Shown in pieces: positions 19,377 through 27,965 of a stretch of 64,000 nucleotides of DNA. This stretch comes from Cellvibrionaceae bacterium. GTDB lineage: Bacteria > Pseudomonadota > Gammaproteobacteria > Pseudomonadales > Cellvibrionaceae. The notes below the pieces were generated by a model that was not told the DNA's origin, did no database searches, and saw only the letters and a program-made list of their open reading frames with translations. A program made the translations under genes and the position numbers. The stretch's first letter is position 1. Each line of letters opens with the position of its first letter. The stretch spans positions 44,734 to 108,733 of the forward strand of contig DATDJI010000091.1 of assembly GCA_036520615.1 (NCBI GenBank), in the 5' to 3' direction.

Positions 19377-20420
19377 ATGCAACCCTCTTTAGTTGACGAA
19401 TTATCCACCTGGACGGCTTTACAACTGAGTATGCGGGGCGAGGTATTTAGCGGCTGGCGCGCCCTGTCAGGTGATGCAGGCTTTCGCTGTTATTTTCGTT
19501 TGGAAAAATTGCCTTATTTGGCCGTATATGCGCCGCCTGCCACGGAAAATAGCCTGCTGTTTTCCAATATCGCGCGTTTTTTGCGCCAGCAGGGCCTGGC
19601 GGTGCCGGAAATTATCGGCGCCGATTTTGCGAAAGGTTTTTTATTAATCAGCGATCTAGGCACCGAGCTGTACGCGGCGCACCTAACTGATGATCACGTC
19701 GATGGCCTGTACGGCGAAGCCATAAATACCCTATTACAGCTGCAAATCACCCAGCCGACAGCGGATTTGTTGGCAGCCTACGACGCCGCCACACTGCGAC
19801 GCGAGATGGAATTATTTCCGCAGTGGTTTATTGGTGAATTATTGCAGTATCCGTTAAATGCTGATGAGCATCAGTTGCTGGCGCAAACCTTCAGTTATTT
19901 AGAGCAATCGGCGGCTAAGCAACCGCAGGTGGTTGTGCATCGGGATTTTCACAGCCGCAATCTGATTTTGCGGCAGACCCAGCAAGCTCGTTTATTGCCG
20001 CCGGGGCTGATCGACTTTCAGGACGCGCTCATAGGCCCTGCAGCGTACGACCTGGTATCGCTGCTCAAAGATTGCTATGTGGACTGGCCTAGATCGCAAG
20101 TGCGCAGTTGGGCGCTGGCCTACTACCAACAAGCTCAACAGCAGGGTATTTGGCCGCGTCTGCGCGAGGGAGAATTTATTCAAAGCTTTGATTTAATCGG
20201 CCTACAGCGGCATTTAAAGGTGCTGGGCATTTTTGCCCGCCTCTCCCTGCGCGATAACAAACACGGCTTTCTTAACGATTTGCCTCGGGTGCTTGCTTAT
20301 ACGTTGGATGTGCTGCGCCAGTATCCCGCGCTTGCAGGCGTACACCAATGGTTTTATCAGCGCCTGATGCCGCGCATTGAGCAGCAGGCTTGGTATTACC
20401 CACTTAAATTGAGCCAGTAA
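19377..20420 (+). CDS. amgK: N-acetylmuramate/N-acetylglucosamine kinase (aminoglycoside-phosphotransferase fold)
   Basis: APH-type catalytic block VVHRDFHSRNL...IDFQDA. Divergent from lptD and followed by murU, as in Pseudomonas. Confidence 0.75.
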   Translation: MQPSLVDELSTWTALQLSMRGEVFSGWRALSGDAGFRCYFRLEKLPYLAVYAPPATENSLLFSNIARFLRQQGLAVPEIIGADFAKGFLLISDLGTELYAAHLTDDHVDGLYGEAINTLLQLQITQPTADLLAAYDAATLRREMELFPQWFIGELLQYPLNADEHQLLAQTFSYLEQSAAKQPQVVVHRDFHSRNLILRQTQQARLLPPGLIDFQDALIGPAAYDLVSLLKDCYVDWPRSQVRSWALAYYQQAQQQGIWPRLREGEFIQSFDLIGLQRHLKVLGIFARLSLRDNKHGFLNDLPRVLAYTLDVLRQYPALAGVHQWFYQRLMPRIEQQAWYYPLKLSQ

Positions 20421-20434
20421 GCAGTAAAACTTAT

Positions 20435-21172
20435 ATGTCTTTAACTCAGCGCGCCATGATCTTCGCCGCAGGAGAAGGGCGGCGAATGTTGCCGCTCACC
20501 GCACAGACGCCTAAGCCATTATTGCCATTAGGTGACAGCCATCTGATTGGCCAAAACTTAAGGCATCTGGCCGCGGCGGGAGTGCGCGAGGTCATAGTCA
20601 ATACCGCTTATCTAGGCGCGCAGATTCAGGCAGCTTTAGGTGATGGAAGTGGCTGGGGCTTAAAAATTATTTATTCCCCTGAACCCTATCCCTTGGAGAC
20701 AGGCGGTGCACTTTTGCATGCGTTGGAGCTTCTGCATAGCGAGCCATTTATACTGCTCAATGCGGATGTGCTCTGTGCGTATCCGCTCCTGCAACTCTGC
20801 CGCCACAGCTTGCCTGTAGGTGCGCTTGGCCATCTGATACTCGTGCCAAATCCGCCGCAGCATGAACAAGGCGATTTTGCTTTTGATAAAAAAGGCGTTA
20901 TTACCGCTGCGGCAAGCGGGCCAAAACTTACATTCAGTGGTATTAGCCTGCTGCACCCAGAGCTGATTAGCCATTATCCCAACGCGCGACAAGTATTCCC
21001 TCTGCGTGAAGCGTTTGCTTGGGCCATCGCCGAGGGGAGGTTAACCGCTGAGCGTTATGACGGGCTTTGGTTGGATGTGGGAACTCCCGCACGCTTGGGC
21101 GAAGCGCAAACGCTTTGGGCGGAACTCTCTGAGCAAGGGGCACTCCCTTTTCCCTGCACTCAACCGCTATAG
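20435..21172 (+). CDS. murU: N-acetylmuramate alpha-1-phosphate uridylyltransferase
   Basis: Nucleotidyltransferase N-terminus (AMIFAAGEGRRMLPLT). Its position is immediately after amgK. Confidence 0.75.
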   Translation: MSLTQRAMIFAAGEGRRMLPLTAQTPKPLLPLGDSHLIGQNLRHLAAAGVREVIVNTAYLGAQIQAALGDGSGWGLKIIYSPEPYPLETGGALLHALELLHSEPFILLNADVLCAYPLLQLCRHSLPVGALGHLILVPNPPQHEQGDFAFDKKGVITAAASGPKLTFSGISLLHPELISHYPNARQVFPLREAFAWAIAEGRLTAERYDGLWLDVGTPARLGEAQTLWAELSEQGALPFPCTQPL

Positions 21173-21208
21173 TATGAATCTTCCACTCCACCCCGTAGGA
21201 TCATTACC

Positions 21209-21496
21209 ATGATAAACAAAACAACCTTAGCTCTTGGTGCCGCCTTCGCAGCTAGCATGTCCTTGTCGGTTGCTGCCTTGGCAAGCGACGCCCAGTTTGG
21301 CGCAACACCTATGGAGGCCGGTTATCAGCTCGCAGCAAAAGATGCTGAAGGCAAGTGTGGTGCTGATATGAAAAAAGGCGCCGAAGGCAAATGTGGCGCT
21401 GAGAAGAAAAAAGATGCCGAAGGCACGTGCGGTGGCACTAAAAAAGACGGCGAGGGCAAATGCGGCGCTGATATGAAAAAAGACGAAAAAAAATAA
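21209..21496 (+). CDS. Secreted RiPP/metallophore precursor with four EG(K/T)CG cores (HvfA-like)
   Basis: Signal peptide ending AALA. All four Cys lie in EGKCG, EGKCG, EGTCG, EGKCG within K/D-rich repeats (nt 21347-21466). An MNIO gene starts at the next codon. Confidence 0.7.
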   Translation: MINKTTLALGAAFAASMSLSVAALASDAQFGATPMEAGYQLAAKDAEGKCGADMKKGAEGKCGAEKKKDAEGTCGGTKKDGEGKCGADMKKDEKK

Positions 21497-22366
21497 TTGG
21501 TGCGCGATTTACTACAGCAGATTGGAGGCGCGGGTTTAGGCCTGCGCCGCCCATTGATGGAGGCTTTAAGCCCGCTTCAGCGCGGCGAGCCCATCGACTT
21601 TTTTGAAATAGCTCCGGAAAATTGGCTGCATCTAGGCGGCCGCCTCGGCCAAAAATTGCGCCCTTTCAGCGAAGTCTACCCGCTTATTTGCCACGGTCTA
21701 TCGCTCTCCATCGGTGGCGTAGGCCCGCTAAATACCCAGCTGTTACTCGATATTAAAGAATTCATTACCCTGCATCAGATCCGTCATTACAGCGAACACT
21801 TAAGTTACACAGGTGATGAATCTCAGTTATACGAATTATTTCCCTTGCCGCTTACTGAAGAAGCCGTAACGCATACAGCTGCTCGTATTCGTCAGGCGCA
21901 GGATATTCTCGGTCAACGCATCGCCATCGAAAACGCTACTTATTACACGCTGCCTGCACAAGCGATGAGCGAAGTGGAATTTATTAATGCCGTAATCAGC
22001 CAGGCCGACTGCCTGCTGTTGCTCGATGTGAATAACCTCTATGTGAATAGCCAGAATCATCACTACTGCCCGGATACGTTTTTGCAGCAATTAAACGGTG
22101 AGCGCATTAGTTACTTACATATGGCGGGCCACTGGGTTGAGCAAGACCAGTGGCGCATTGACACTCACGCCGCTGCTGTTGATGAGGGCGTCTGGCAGTT
22201 ATTGGCAAACGTTTATCAGCGCTTTGGGGTAAAGCCTACGCTCTTGGAGCGCGATGATGATTTTCCCGCTCTTACTGAACTTACTGCTGAAGTCTGCCGC
22301 ATCAAATATCTACAGGCGCAAAACCAGCTGCGAAGCTCGGCATCCATTAAGAGCGCTCAAGCGTGA
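21497..22366 (+). CDS. DUF692 / MNIO (multinuclear non-heme iron oxidative) enzyme, HvfB/MbnB-like
   Basis: TIM-barrel UPF0276 pattern (GLGLRRP..., FFEIAPENW, YSEHLS, IENATYY, ERDDDFP). TTG/GTG start directly after the precursor stop. Confidence 0.8.
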   Translation: MVRDLLQQIGGAGLGLRRPLMEALSPLQRGEPIDFFEIAPENWLHLGGRLGQKLRPFSEVYPLICHGLSLSIGGVGPLNTQLLLDIKEFITLHQIRHYSEHLSYTGDESQLYELFPLPLTEEAVTHTAARIRQAQDILGQRIAIENATYYTLPAQAMSEVEFINAVISQADCLLLLDVNNLYVNSQNHHYCPDTFLQQLNGERISYLHMAGHWVEQDQWRIDTHAAAVDEGVWQLLANVYQRFGVKPTLLERDDDFPALTELTAEVCRIKYLQAQNQLRSSASIKSAQA

Positions 22367-23118
22367 ATGAGGCGGTGATATATGCAGAGCCGGAAAAATT
22401 AAATGCGCAACAGCGCGCATTCCTAGCTTATGTGCGCAATCCAGATCGTTCGCTACCCGAGGGTGCCAATGAGCGCGCTATGGGAATTTACGCCGATTTG
22501 GTATATCGCAATATTGCAGGATTTATTCACCAATTCTTCCCCGTCTGTACTCAGGTCTGCGAACCTCAAAATTGGGAGGCGCTGATTCGAGATTTTATTG
22601 CCCACCACCGATGCCAAACGCCGTATTTTTTAGCTATTGCCGAAGAATTCTTGCAGTTTTTATTTACCAAACCTACAAGCCTTGCCGCGCTGCCGGACTA
22701 TATTACCGAGCTTGCCCACTATGAATGGGTGGAGCTGGCCCTGGATGTAGCGGATATTGCTCAGCCCGCTCCGGCGCAGACCACGGCTGACCCTTGGGAT
22801 AGTCACTGGCAGTTATCGCCTTTGGCCTGGTGTCTAGCCTACCAATATCCCGTACATCTAATCGGCCCTGACAACTCCAGTCCAGCGCCTAGTCCCAGCG
22901 CTTTTGTTGTCTATCGCAACGCCGAATTAGAAATAAAATTTATCGCCCTCACTGCATCCAGCGCCCAGTGGCTGCAAACAATTAACGCAGACACAACCCC
23001 GCGCTTGGCATTGCAAAAGCTGCTGACAGTTCCATTGACCCCGGCCGTTGCACAGCAAACCGCGCAGATTTTACAAAGTTGGCTTGAATTGGGTGTGCTG
23101 ATCGCTGCAGACAATTAA
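22363..23118 (+). CDS. DUF2063-family partner protein (HvfC/BufC-like)
   Basis: GTG start with a 4-nt GTGA overlap onto the MNIO gene. The N-terminal region (QQRAFLAYVRNPD...YADLVYRNI) is typical of DUF2063. Confidence 0.7.
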   Translation: MNEAVIYAEPEKLNAQQRAFLAYVRNPDRSLPEGANERAMGIYADLVYRNIAGFIHQFFPVCTQVCEPQNWEALIRDFIAHHRCQTPYFLAIAEEFLQFLFTKPTSLAALPDYITELAHYEWVELALDVADIAQPAPAQTTADPWDSHWQLSPLAWCLAYQYPVHLIGPDNSSPAPSPSAFVVYRNAELEIKFIALTASSAQWLQTINADTTPRLALQKLLTVPLTPAVAQQTAQILQSWLELGVLIAADN

Positions 23119-23949
23119 CCGCTTAAAAACGGTGTGGCTGCAAATTTCGAACATAAAATTTTAAGGATTTAATTCGTGCAATCCGCACTCAATGCGGATA
23201 CGTTCTGTAAATGTCGCGGCACACTATTAATAACGAAATTGGTCGCTAATTAATAGATATATGCGGTGCTTTAGGTGCTGTTATTGCTTCTGCATTTGAT
23301 AATGCGATTGTGAGAAATAATTGCACAATCCGTATCCGGCAGGTTCATTTAATTTCCAGATCAGAATCTTGAATTGTTAATTGCTCCAGATAACTGTGGC
23401 GTCACCACCCGCAACAACTAGGCCGTTTAACGCGCTTGCATGGACGAAGCGATTTTTCTGAGCCATCGAGATGGCAAATGAAAATTTAAATTCACCTCAA
23501 CGGCAATAAATTCTGAAAATTCGCTGTACGCGTTTGCACCTCTAACAATATGCAGACAAATTCAATTGATAAAAGTATTTGCTTAGGCTTAAGCAACTTG
23601 TGAGCTGAATTTCATGCAGACCTACTTTGAATGGGTAACAACTCACACTATTTTTGCAAATGCAGCCCGATCAACTAAATACTGCGAGCGGCTACACGCT
23701 GCTGAAACAGCATGTAATAACGGGCGCGTAAATTTAAATAGGTTGTAAGCGTACGGGGTTTGTCTAGCTGCTAAAAACACGCGCACCGTAAGCACATAAA
23801 AACGTATGCGAAGCGAGCTTTAGTTTCTTGGGCGAAGCAATAACATGCGCAAATTGAACGTAATGAAGTCTTTTAAAAAAAGATCTAAGACCTTTGGTTG
23901 TTTAAAAATGCCAAGCCTGCTTAAAATGGGATTTTTTGGAAGCAGATGT

Positions 23950-26208
23950 ATGAATTTAATTAAGCATTCACTCCTAACGCTCGCCTGCGTTAGCATCGTG
24001 GCTTGTGGCAGCGGCGGCAGTAAAGGAAAAGTAGATCCGACACCTGCAGGTTCAAGTTCCAGTAGTTCTTCGAGTTCTTCAAGTTCAAGCTCATCAAGTA
24101 GTTCCACTAGTAGCTCCAGCAGCTCATCAACTAGCTCCTCCGGCGTTACGCTTTCTTCCAGTTCAAGCAGTTCTACTAGCTCTAACGGCTCATCTAGTTC
24201 TTCAGGAATAATCCCTTCTTCTAGCTCCAGCAGTTCGTCAAGTTCAAGCAGCTCTTCCAGTTCAAGTAATTCCTCAAGTTCCAGCAGTTCTTCCAGTTCA
24301 AGCTCATCAAGTAGCTCCTCTAACTCTAGTAGTTCATCAAGCTCAAGCAGCTCTTCAAGTTCTAGCGGTATCCCTACTGCTGAGTCTCTGTTAAACGTCA
24401 GTATCCAAGCTGCGGATGCAGCCGTGTTGTCCTCCGACAAGGTGACAATTGAGGTTAGGCGTTTAGGCGACAACGATGCACAAATAGGCGCTCAGCAATT
24501 TACGACGTCTTTGGATAACAGCACCGGCAAACCCAAACTTAAATTCAACAGCGATTTGACGCTAGCTGGCGCTAAAGCGTTGGTGCTGAATATTTCCTAC
24601 CCTGGCTACGTGCCCTATTCGCGCAGGCTGGATGTGACCGCTATGGTTTTTGTCGAGGTTACGCTTACGAAGGTGTCAGCTTTTAATGCTCAGAGCGGCA
24701 GCTTCAATAGCCTGTCAGGCATCTCAACTGAAGGCTTTAAGGTGCAGCCCGCTGACAAGGTTACGAGTATCACCATTCCGAAAAGCCTGCTGCCTACGGA
24801 CACGCTGGGAATTGTCGGTGAATTAGCGAATTTCGATACGGCTAATCCCGCTCAAGCTCAGTATTTCCCAGGTAACCACACCGATAGTGCTGGCAGGGAT
24901 GTGGTTTCCGTAGCCTTTGATTACATCAATTTAAAAACAGACGCAGGCAAGCCGCTTAGCGAAGCGGTCATTGCTGGCAGTGCGAGCGGCGCAGAGCTGG
25001 TCATTATCGAACGTGTGCTTCCCGCTAGCAGTTGTGCTGTGCTTACACGCCTGGGCGATGCCGATAGCGTGCGTGATGGATTTCAAGTACCTGTATATAG
25101 CTTCAACAGCAGTACCGGCTTGTGGGATGCGTTGGGCCAGGGCACGTTATATACAGCGGGCACTCCAGTGAGCGCAGCGCCGACGCTTGACTGCGCAACC
25201 AAGAGTTATGTGTTAGAAGTTGCTGTTACCGGCACCGTTTTCAAAAGCCAGTGGTTGAATTTTGCTTTCCCCTTAGCCTTTGCTCAACCGACTAGCTACT
25301 GCGCCACGGCACACGTTAAAAATATCCAAGGTGATAACTTGGCGGGTATTCACGGCTTGGTGTATAGCCAAACTCCAGGTGTTTTCAGCCCTAAATACTT
25401 CACCACCGATGCGAACGGAAATGCGCAAATTACAATTCAAGCGGGTCAGGGGCCAGAGCAGTTAGCGGCGAAGTTATCCGTCGTAAATGACGGGCTAGTA
25501 ACTACTGATTTTACGTTTAGCCCAAGCTGCAGCAATCCAGTTGCCCAGGAAATCACCGTTGATCGTGCACGACTATGCCAAATCCAAGGGCAAACCCTAG
25601 ATACGTCAGGTGCTGTCCTAGCGGGTTATCCGGTCATTGCTGAGAGCAGTGTCAAGACTGCCAATACTGCGGGGCTGTTTGATTTTGCGATCACTGACAA
25701 ACAGGGTATGTACTGGTTAAACGTGGCGTGTAAACGCGAGTTTAATGTTTTGTTTTTCAGGTTTAATGAAGGGTATCTCACAGTTCCTGGCATAAATGTA
25801 GATGCCAAGGTTGAAGGCAAAGAAGTAAAAGATGATGGCCAAATTGCGTCCTTACCTGTCACAAAAATCGCCCCGTCTCTGACGTTGATCAGCGCAGCCA
25901 CTTATGCAGTTAACTCAAAAGCCCTTAGGATCCAAATATCTGGCAGCCGCAGCAATTTTCCGATTGATTATACATTGAGGGTTGTAAACGCTGGAAAAGT
26001 CGTAACAACGCTTACGGGCAAGCTTACCGACACTAGCTCTACGGGGGAGGACACCACCAGCTGGTTTTATACAACGGGCGATATTACCCAGACAGTAAAC
26101 TTAGGTGCCGGTGATAAATTTACGGTAGAAGGTGATCTTAAAGACGTTAAAGGTACGCCTACGCAAATAGGTTTTGGTGTTCAAGTTCCAGTTGTTCTAT
26201 TGCCCTAG
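23950..26208 (+). CDS. Large surface/secreted lipoprotein with a 105-residue Ser-rich linker and prealbumin-like (CarboxypepD_reg-like) repeats; function unknown
   Basis: The preferred start is MNLIKHSLLTLACVSIVAC (lipobox). Motifs VKNIQGDNLAGIHGLVY...TTDANGNAQITIQ and IQGQTLDTSGAVLAGYPV...ITDKQGMYWLNV. Confidence 0.7.
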   Translation: MNLIKHSLLTLACVSIVACGSGGSKGKVDPTPAGSSSSSSSSSSSSSSSSSSTSSSSSSSTSSSGVTLSSSSSSSTSSNGSSSSSGIIPSSSSSSSSSSSSSSSSSNSSSSSSSSSSSSSSSSSNSSSSSSSSSSSSSSGIPTAESLLNVSIQAADAAVLSSDKVTIEVRRLGDNDAQIGAQQFTTSLDNSTGKPKLKFNSDLTLAGAKALVLNISYPGYVPYSRRLDVTAMVFVEVTLTKVSAFNAQSGSFNSLSGISTEGFKVQPADKVTSITIPKSLLPTDTLGIVGELANFDTANPAQAQYFPGNHTDSAGRDVVSVAFDYINLKTDAGKPLSEAVIAGSASGAELVIIERVLPASSCAVLTRLGDADSVRDGFQVPVYSFNSSTGLWDALGQGTLYTAGTPVSAAPTLDCATKSYVLEVAVTGTVFKSQWLNFAFPLAFAQPTSYCATAHVKNIQGDNLAGIHGLVYSQTPGVFSPKYFTTDANGNAQITIQAGQGPEQLAAKLSVVNDGLVTTDFTFSPSCSNPVAQEITVDRARLCQIQGQTLDTSGAVLAGYPVIAESSVKTANTAGLFDFAITDKQGMYWLNVACKREFNVLFFRFNEGYLTVPGINVDAKVEGKEVKDDGQIASLPVTKIAPSLTLISAATYAVNSKALRIQISGSRSNFPIDYTLRVVNAGKVVTTLTGKLTDTSSTGEDTTSWFYTTGDITQTVNLGAGDKFTVEGDLKDVKGTPTQIGFGVQVPVVLLP
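24052..24366 (+). repeat. Polyserine-encoding low-complexity tract
   Basis: About 105 codons, almost all AGC/AGT/TCN. It also creates a spurious antisense ORF. Confidence 0.9.
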
Positions 26209-26235
26209 GCCTGCTGTTTCCCTAGGCCGACCAAA

Positions 26236-26268
26236 GGTGCCCGGCTAAATCAGCGGGCGCCTTTTTTG
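26236..26268 (+). terminator. Intrinsic terminator after the polyserine lipoprotein gene
   Basis: GGTGCCCGG-CTAAATCA-GCGGGCGCC imperfect GC hairpin followed by TTTTTT. Confidence 0.5.
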
Positions 26269-26368
26269 CGTTTATTGAGCAAGAAAATATCCCTAATGCC
26301 CTAACGTTGAAAAACATAGGCTACCTTATAAACAATAGAGAGATGACTTAAAAAGACTTCCGCAAGGC

Positions 26369-27124
26369 TTAGTGCCGACGCGCAGCTACAAAAAATTCTT
26401 GATTGCCGTCCCCGCCTTTTATCGCACTGGCAAAATAATCTTCTAAGTGAAACGCGCATTGCGTTAAAGACGCAGTGATTTTGGTTTGAACACGTGTGTA
26501 GACACTTGTGTCGTTTATTAATCCTCCCTTGCCTAAAAACTCAGGCCCTGCTTCAAACTGAGGTTTGACCAGGCTTAGCAGGAGGCTACTTGGCGGCATG
26601 AGCTTGGTAAGTTCAGAGTGGATAAGCGTTTGCGAGATAAACGAAACGTCCATAACCGCGCCTGTAAACCCCTCCGGTGCGAGTGCGTCTAGAGCTTGCA
26701 GCGGTAAGTGCCGAGCATTGATGCCCTCCAAACAGACTACCTGGGGGTGATGGCGTAAACGGGCAATTAACTGATCTTTGCCCACTTCAATACCAATAAC
26801 GCGGCGGACTCCAGCCTGCAGTAAACAGTCCGTGAAGCCGCCGGTGGATTGCCCTATATCCAGCCAAGTTCCTGCCAGCGGTGCCCACTTTAGATGTTTG
26901 AGCGCGCGCTGCAGTTTAAGCCCGGCTCGTGAGGCAAACTGCAGCTCATCAAGGGTGTTGATTCTCAGTTGAGGGATAACTTCAAATTGGCTTGCAGGTT
27001 TAGTACACAGCTGCCACTGCCCTTGGGCGAACACCTGTACACATTCACTTGTGATGAGTTTCTGAGCTTGCGTACGCGACTGTACATAGCCCTGCTGAAC
27101 CAATAATTGGTCGAGCCTGGGCAT
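26369..27124 (-). CDS. tlyA: TlyA-family rRNA 2'-O-ribose methyltransferase (hemolysin A-like)
   Basis: The preferred start is MPRLDQLLVQQGY (S4-like domain). SAM motif LDIGQSTGGFTDCLLQAG and DVSFIS. This start abuts the upstream stop at 27126. Confidence 0.8.
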   Translation of the reverse strand: MPRLDQLLVQQGYVQSRTQAQKLITSECVQVFAQGQWQLCTKPASQFEVIPQLRINTLDELQFASRAGLKLQRALKHLKWAPLAGTWLDIGQSTGGFTDCLLQAGVRRVIGIEVGKDQLIARLRHHPQVVCLEGINARHLPLQALDALAPEGFTGAVMDVSFISQTLIHSELTKLMPPSSLLLSLVKPQFEAGPEFLGKGGLINDTSVYTRVQTKITASLTQCAFHLEDYFASAIKGGDGNQEFFVAARRH

Positions 27125-27125
27125 T

Positions 27126-27848
27126 TTACACATCGAACGGCGGCATACTGTCCAGCAAGCGGCGCAGGCCCGTGCCCCAGTAGCGGCGCATACTGAGAAA
27201 ATCTTCATCGTCCCGGTCGATACGGCGCTGGTGGCTCAAATCGTAGCTATCGCGCAGGTACATCAGTACATCCAGCGGCATGTCTACGGTCATGTTGCTC
27301 TTCATCGTGGAATCTAGCGATACCAACGCGCAGTTAAGTGCTGTTTGCAGTGAGGTAGTTGGGGCGATAATACGATCGAGAATGGGTTTGCCATATTTTT
27401 CTTCACCGATCTGTAAAAAAGGTGTTTCTGCACTGGCTTCGACAAAATTGCCTTGCGGATAAATATGAAACAAGCGCGGTACTTCTCCACGCACCTGGCC
27501 GCCGAGCAGCAGGTTGCAGCTAAAATCCACGCCTTGATAGCTGGACACTTCACTGCCTTCTTGAATTAGAGCGACTAACTTTTTGCCGACGCGCGAGGCC
27601 ACGTCAAACAATGAAGGCAGCTCGAAGAGGCCATCAGTTTGGTCATGGCTTAAGCGGGTGAGCAGCTCTATTAGCGCTTGAGTCGTAGCGAGATTGCCCG
27701 AGCTTAGCAATACAATGGAGTGCGTTCGATTGTTCGTAAATGTAAAGAGCTTGCGGTACGTGGCCACATGGTCCACGCCGGCGTTGGTGCGGGTGTCTCC
27801 CGCGAAAACTAAGCCATCATTGAGCTTAATTGCCACACAATAAGTCAT
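27126..27848 (-). CDS. Proteasome-type protease, Anbu-like (peptidase T1 family)
   Basis: The preferred start is MTYCVAIKLNDGLVFAGDTRTNAG, giving a Thr nucleophile right after Met. This N-terminus is typical of Anbu/COG3484. Confidence 0.7.
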   Translation of the reverse strand: MTYCVAIKLNDGLVFAGDTRTNAGVDHVATYRKLFTFTNNRTHSIVLLSSGNLATTQALIELLTRLSHDQTDGLFELPSLFDVASRVGKKLVALIQEGSEVSSYQGVDFSCNLLLGGQVRGEVPRLFHIYPQGNFVEASAETPFLQIGEEKYGKPILDRIIAPTTSLQTALNCALVSLDSTMKSNMTVDMPLDVLMYLRDSYDLSHQRRIDRDDEDFLSMRRYWGTGLRRLLDSMPPFDV

Positions 27849-27965
27849 GAGTCGATTACCTAAATTACCGCACACTTTTATTTTGGCAGATGTCTATCAA
27901 ACTGCGAGGGCGGTTGCGCAGAGTACGTCAGCTAGGCTCAATTCGCCAGCCCTAATCGACGAACC

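Noticed and set aside
23307-23329. An ATTGTG-N11-CACAAT inverted repeat containing TGTGA, considered as a CRP site
   Set aside because: The half-site spacing does not fit TGTGA-N6-TCACA. It may be some other operator, but the evidence is too weak to call.
23820-24473. A 217-aa minus-strand ORF full of ELLEL/EELLE repeats
   Set aside because: It is the antisense reading of the polyserine codon tract (AGC/TCN) in the lipoprotein gene. It is low-complexity and has no independent start context.
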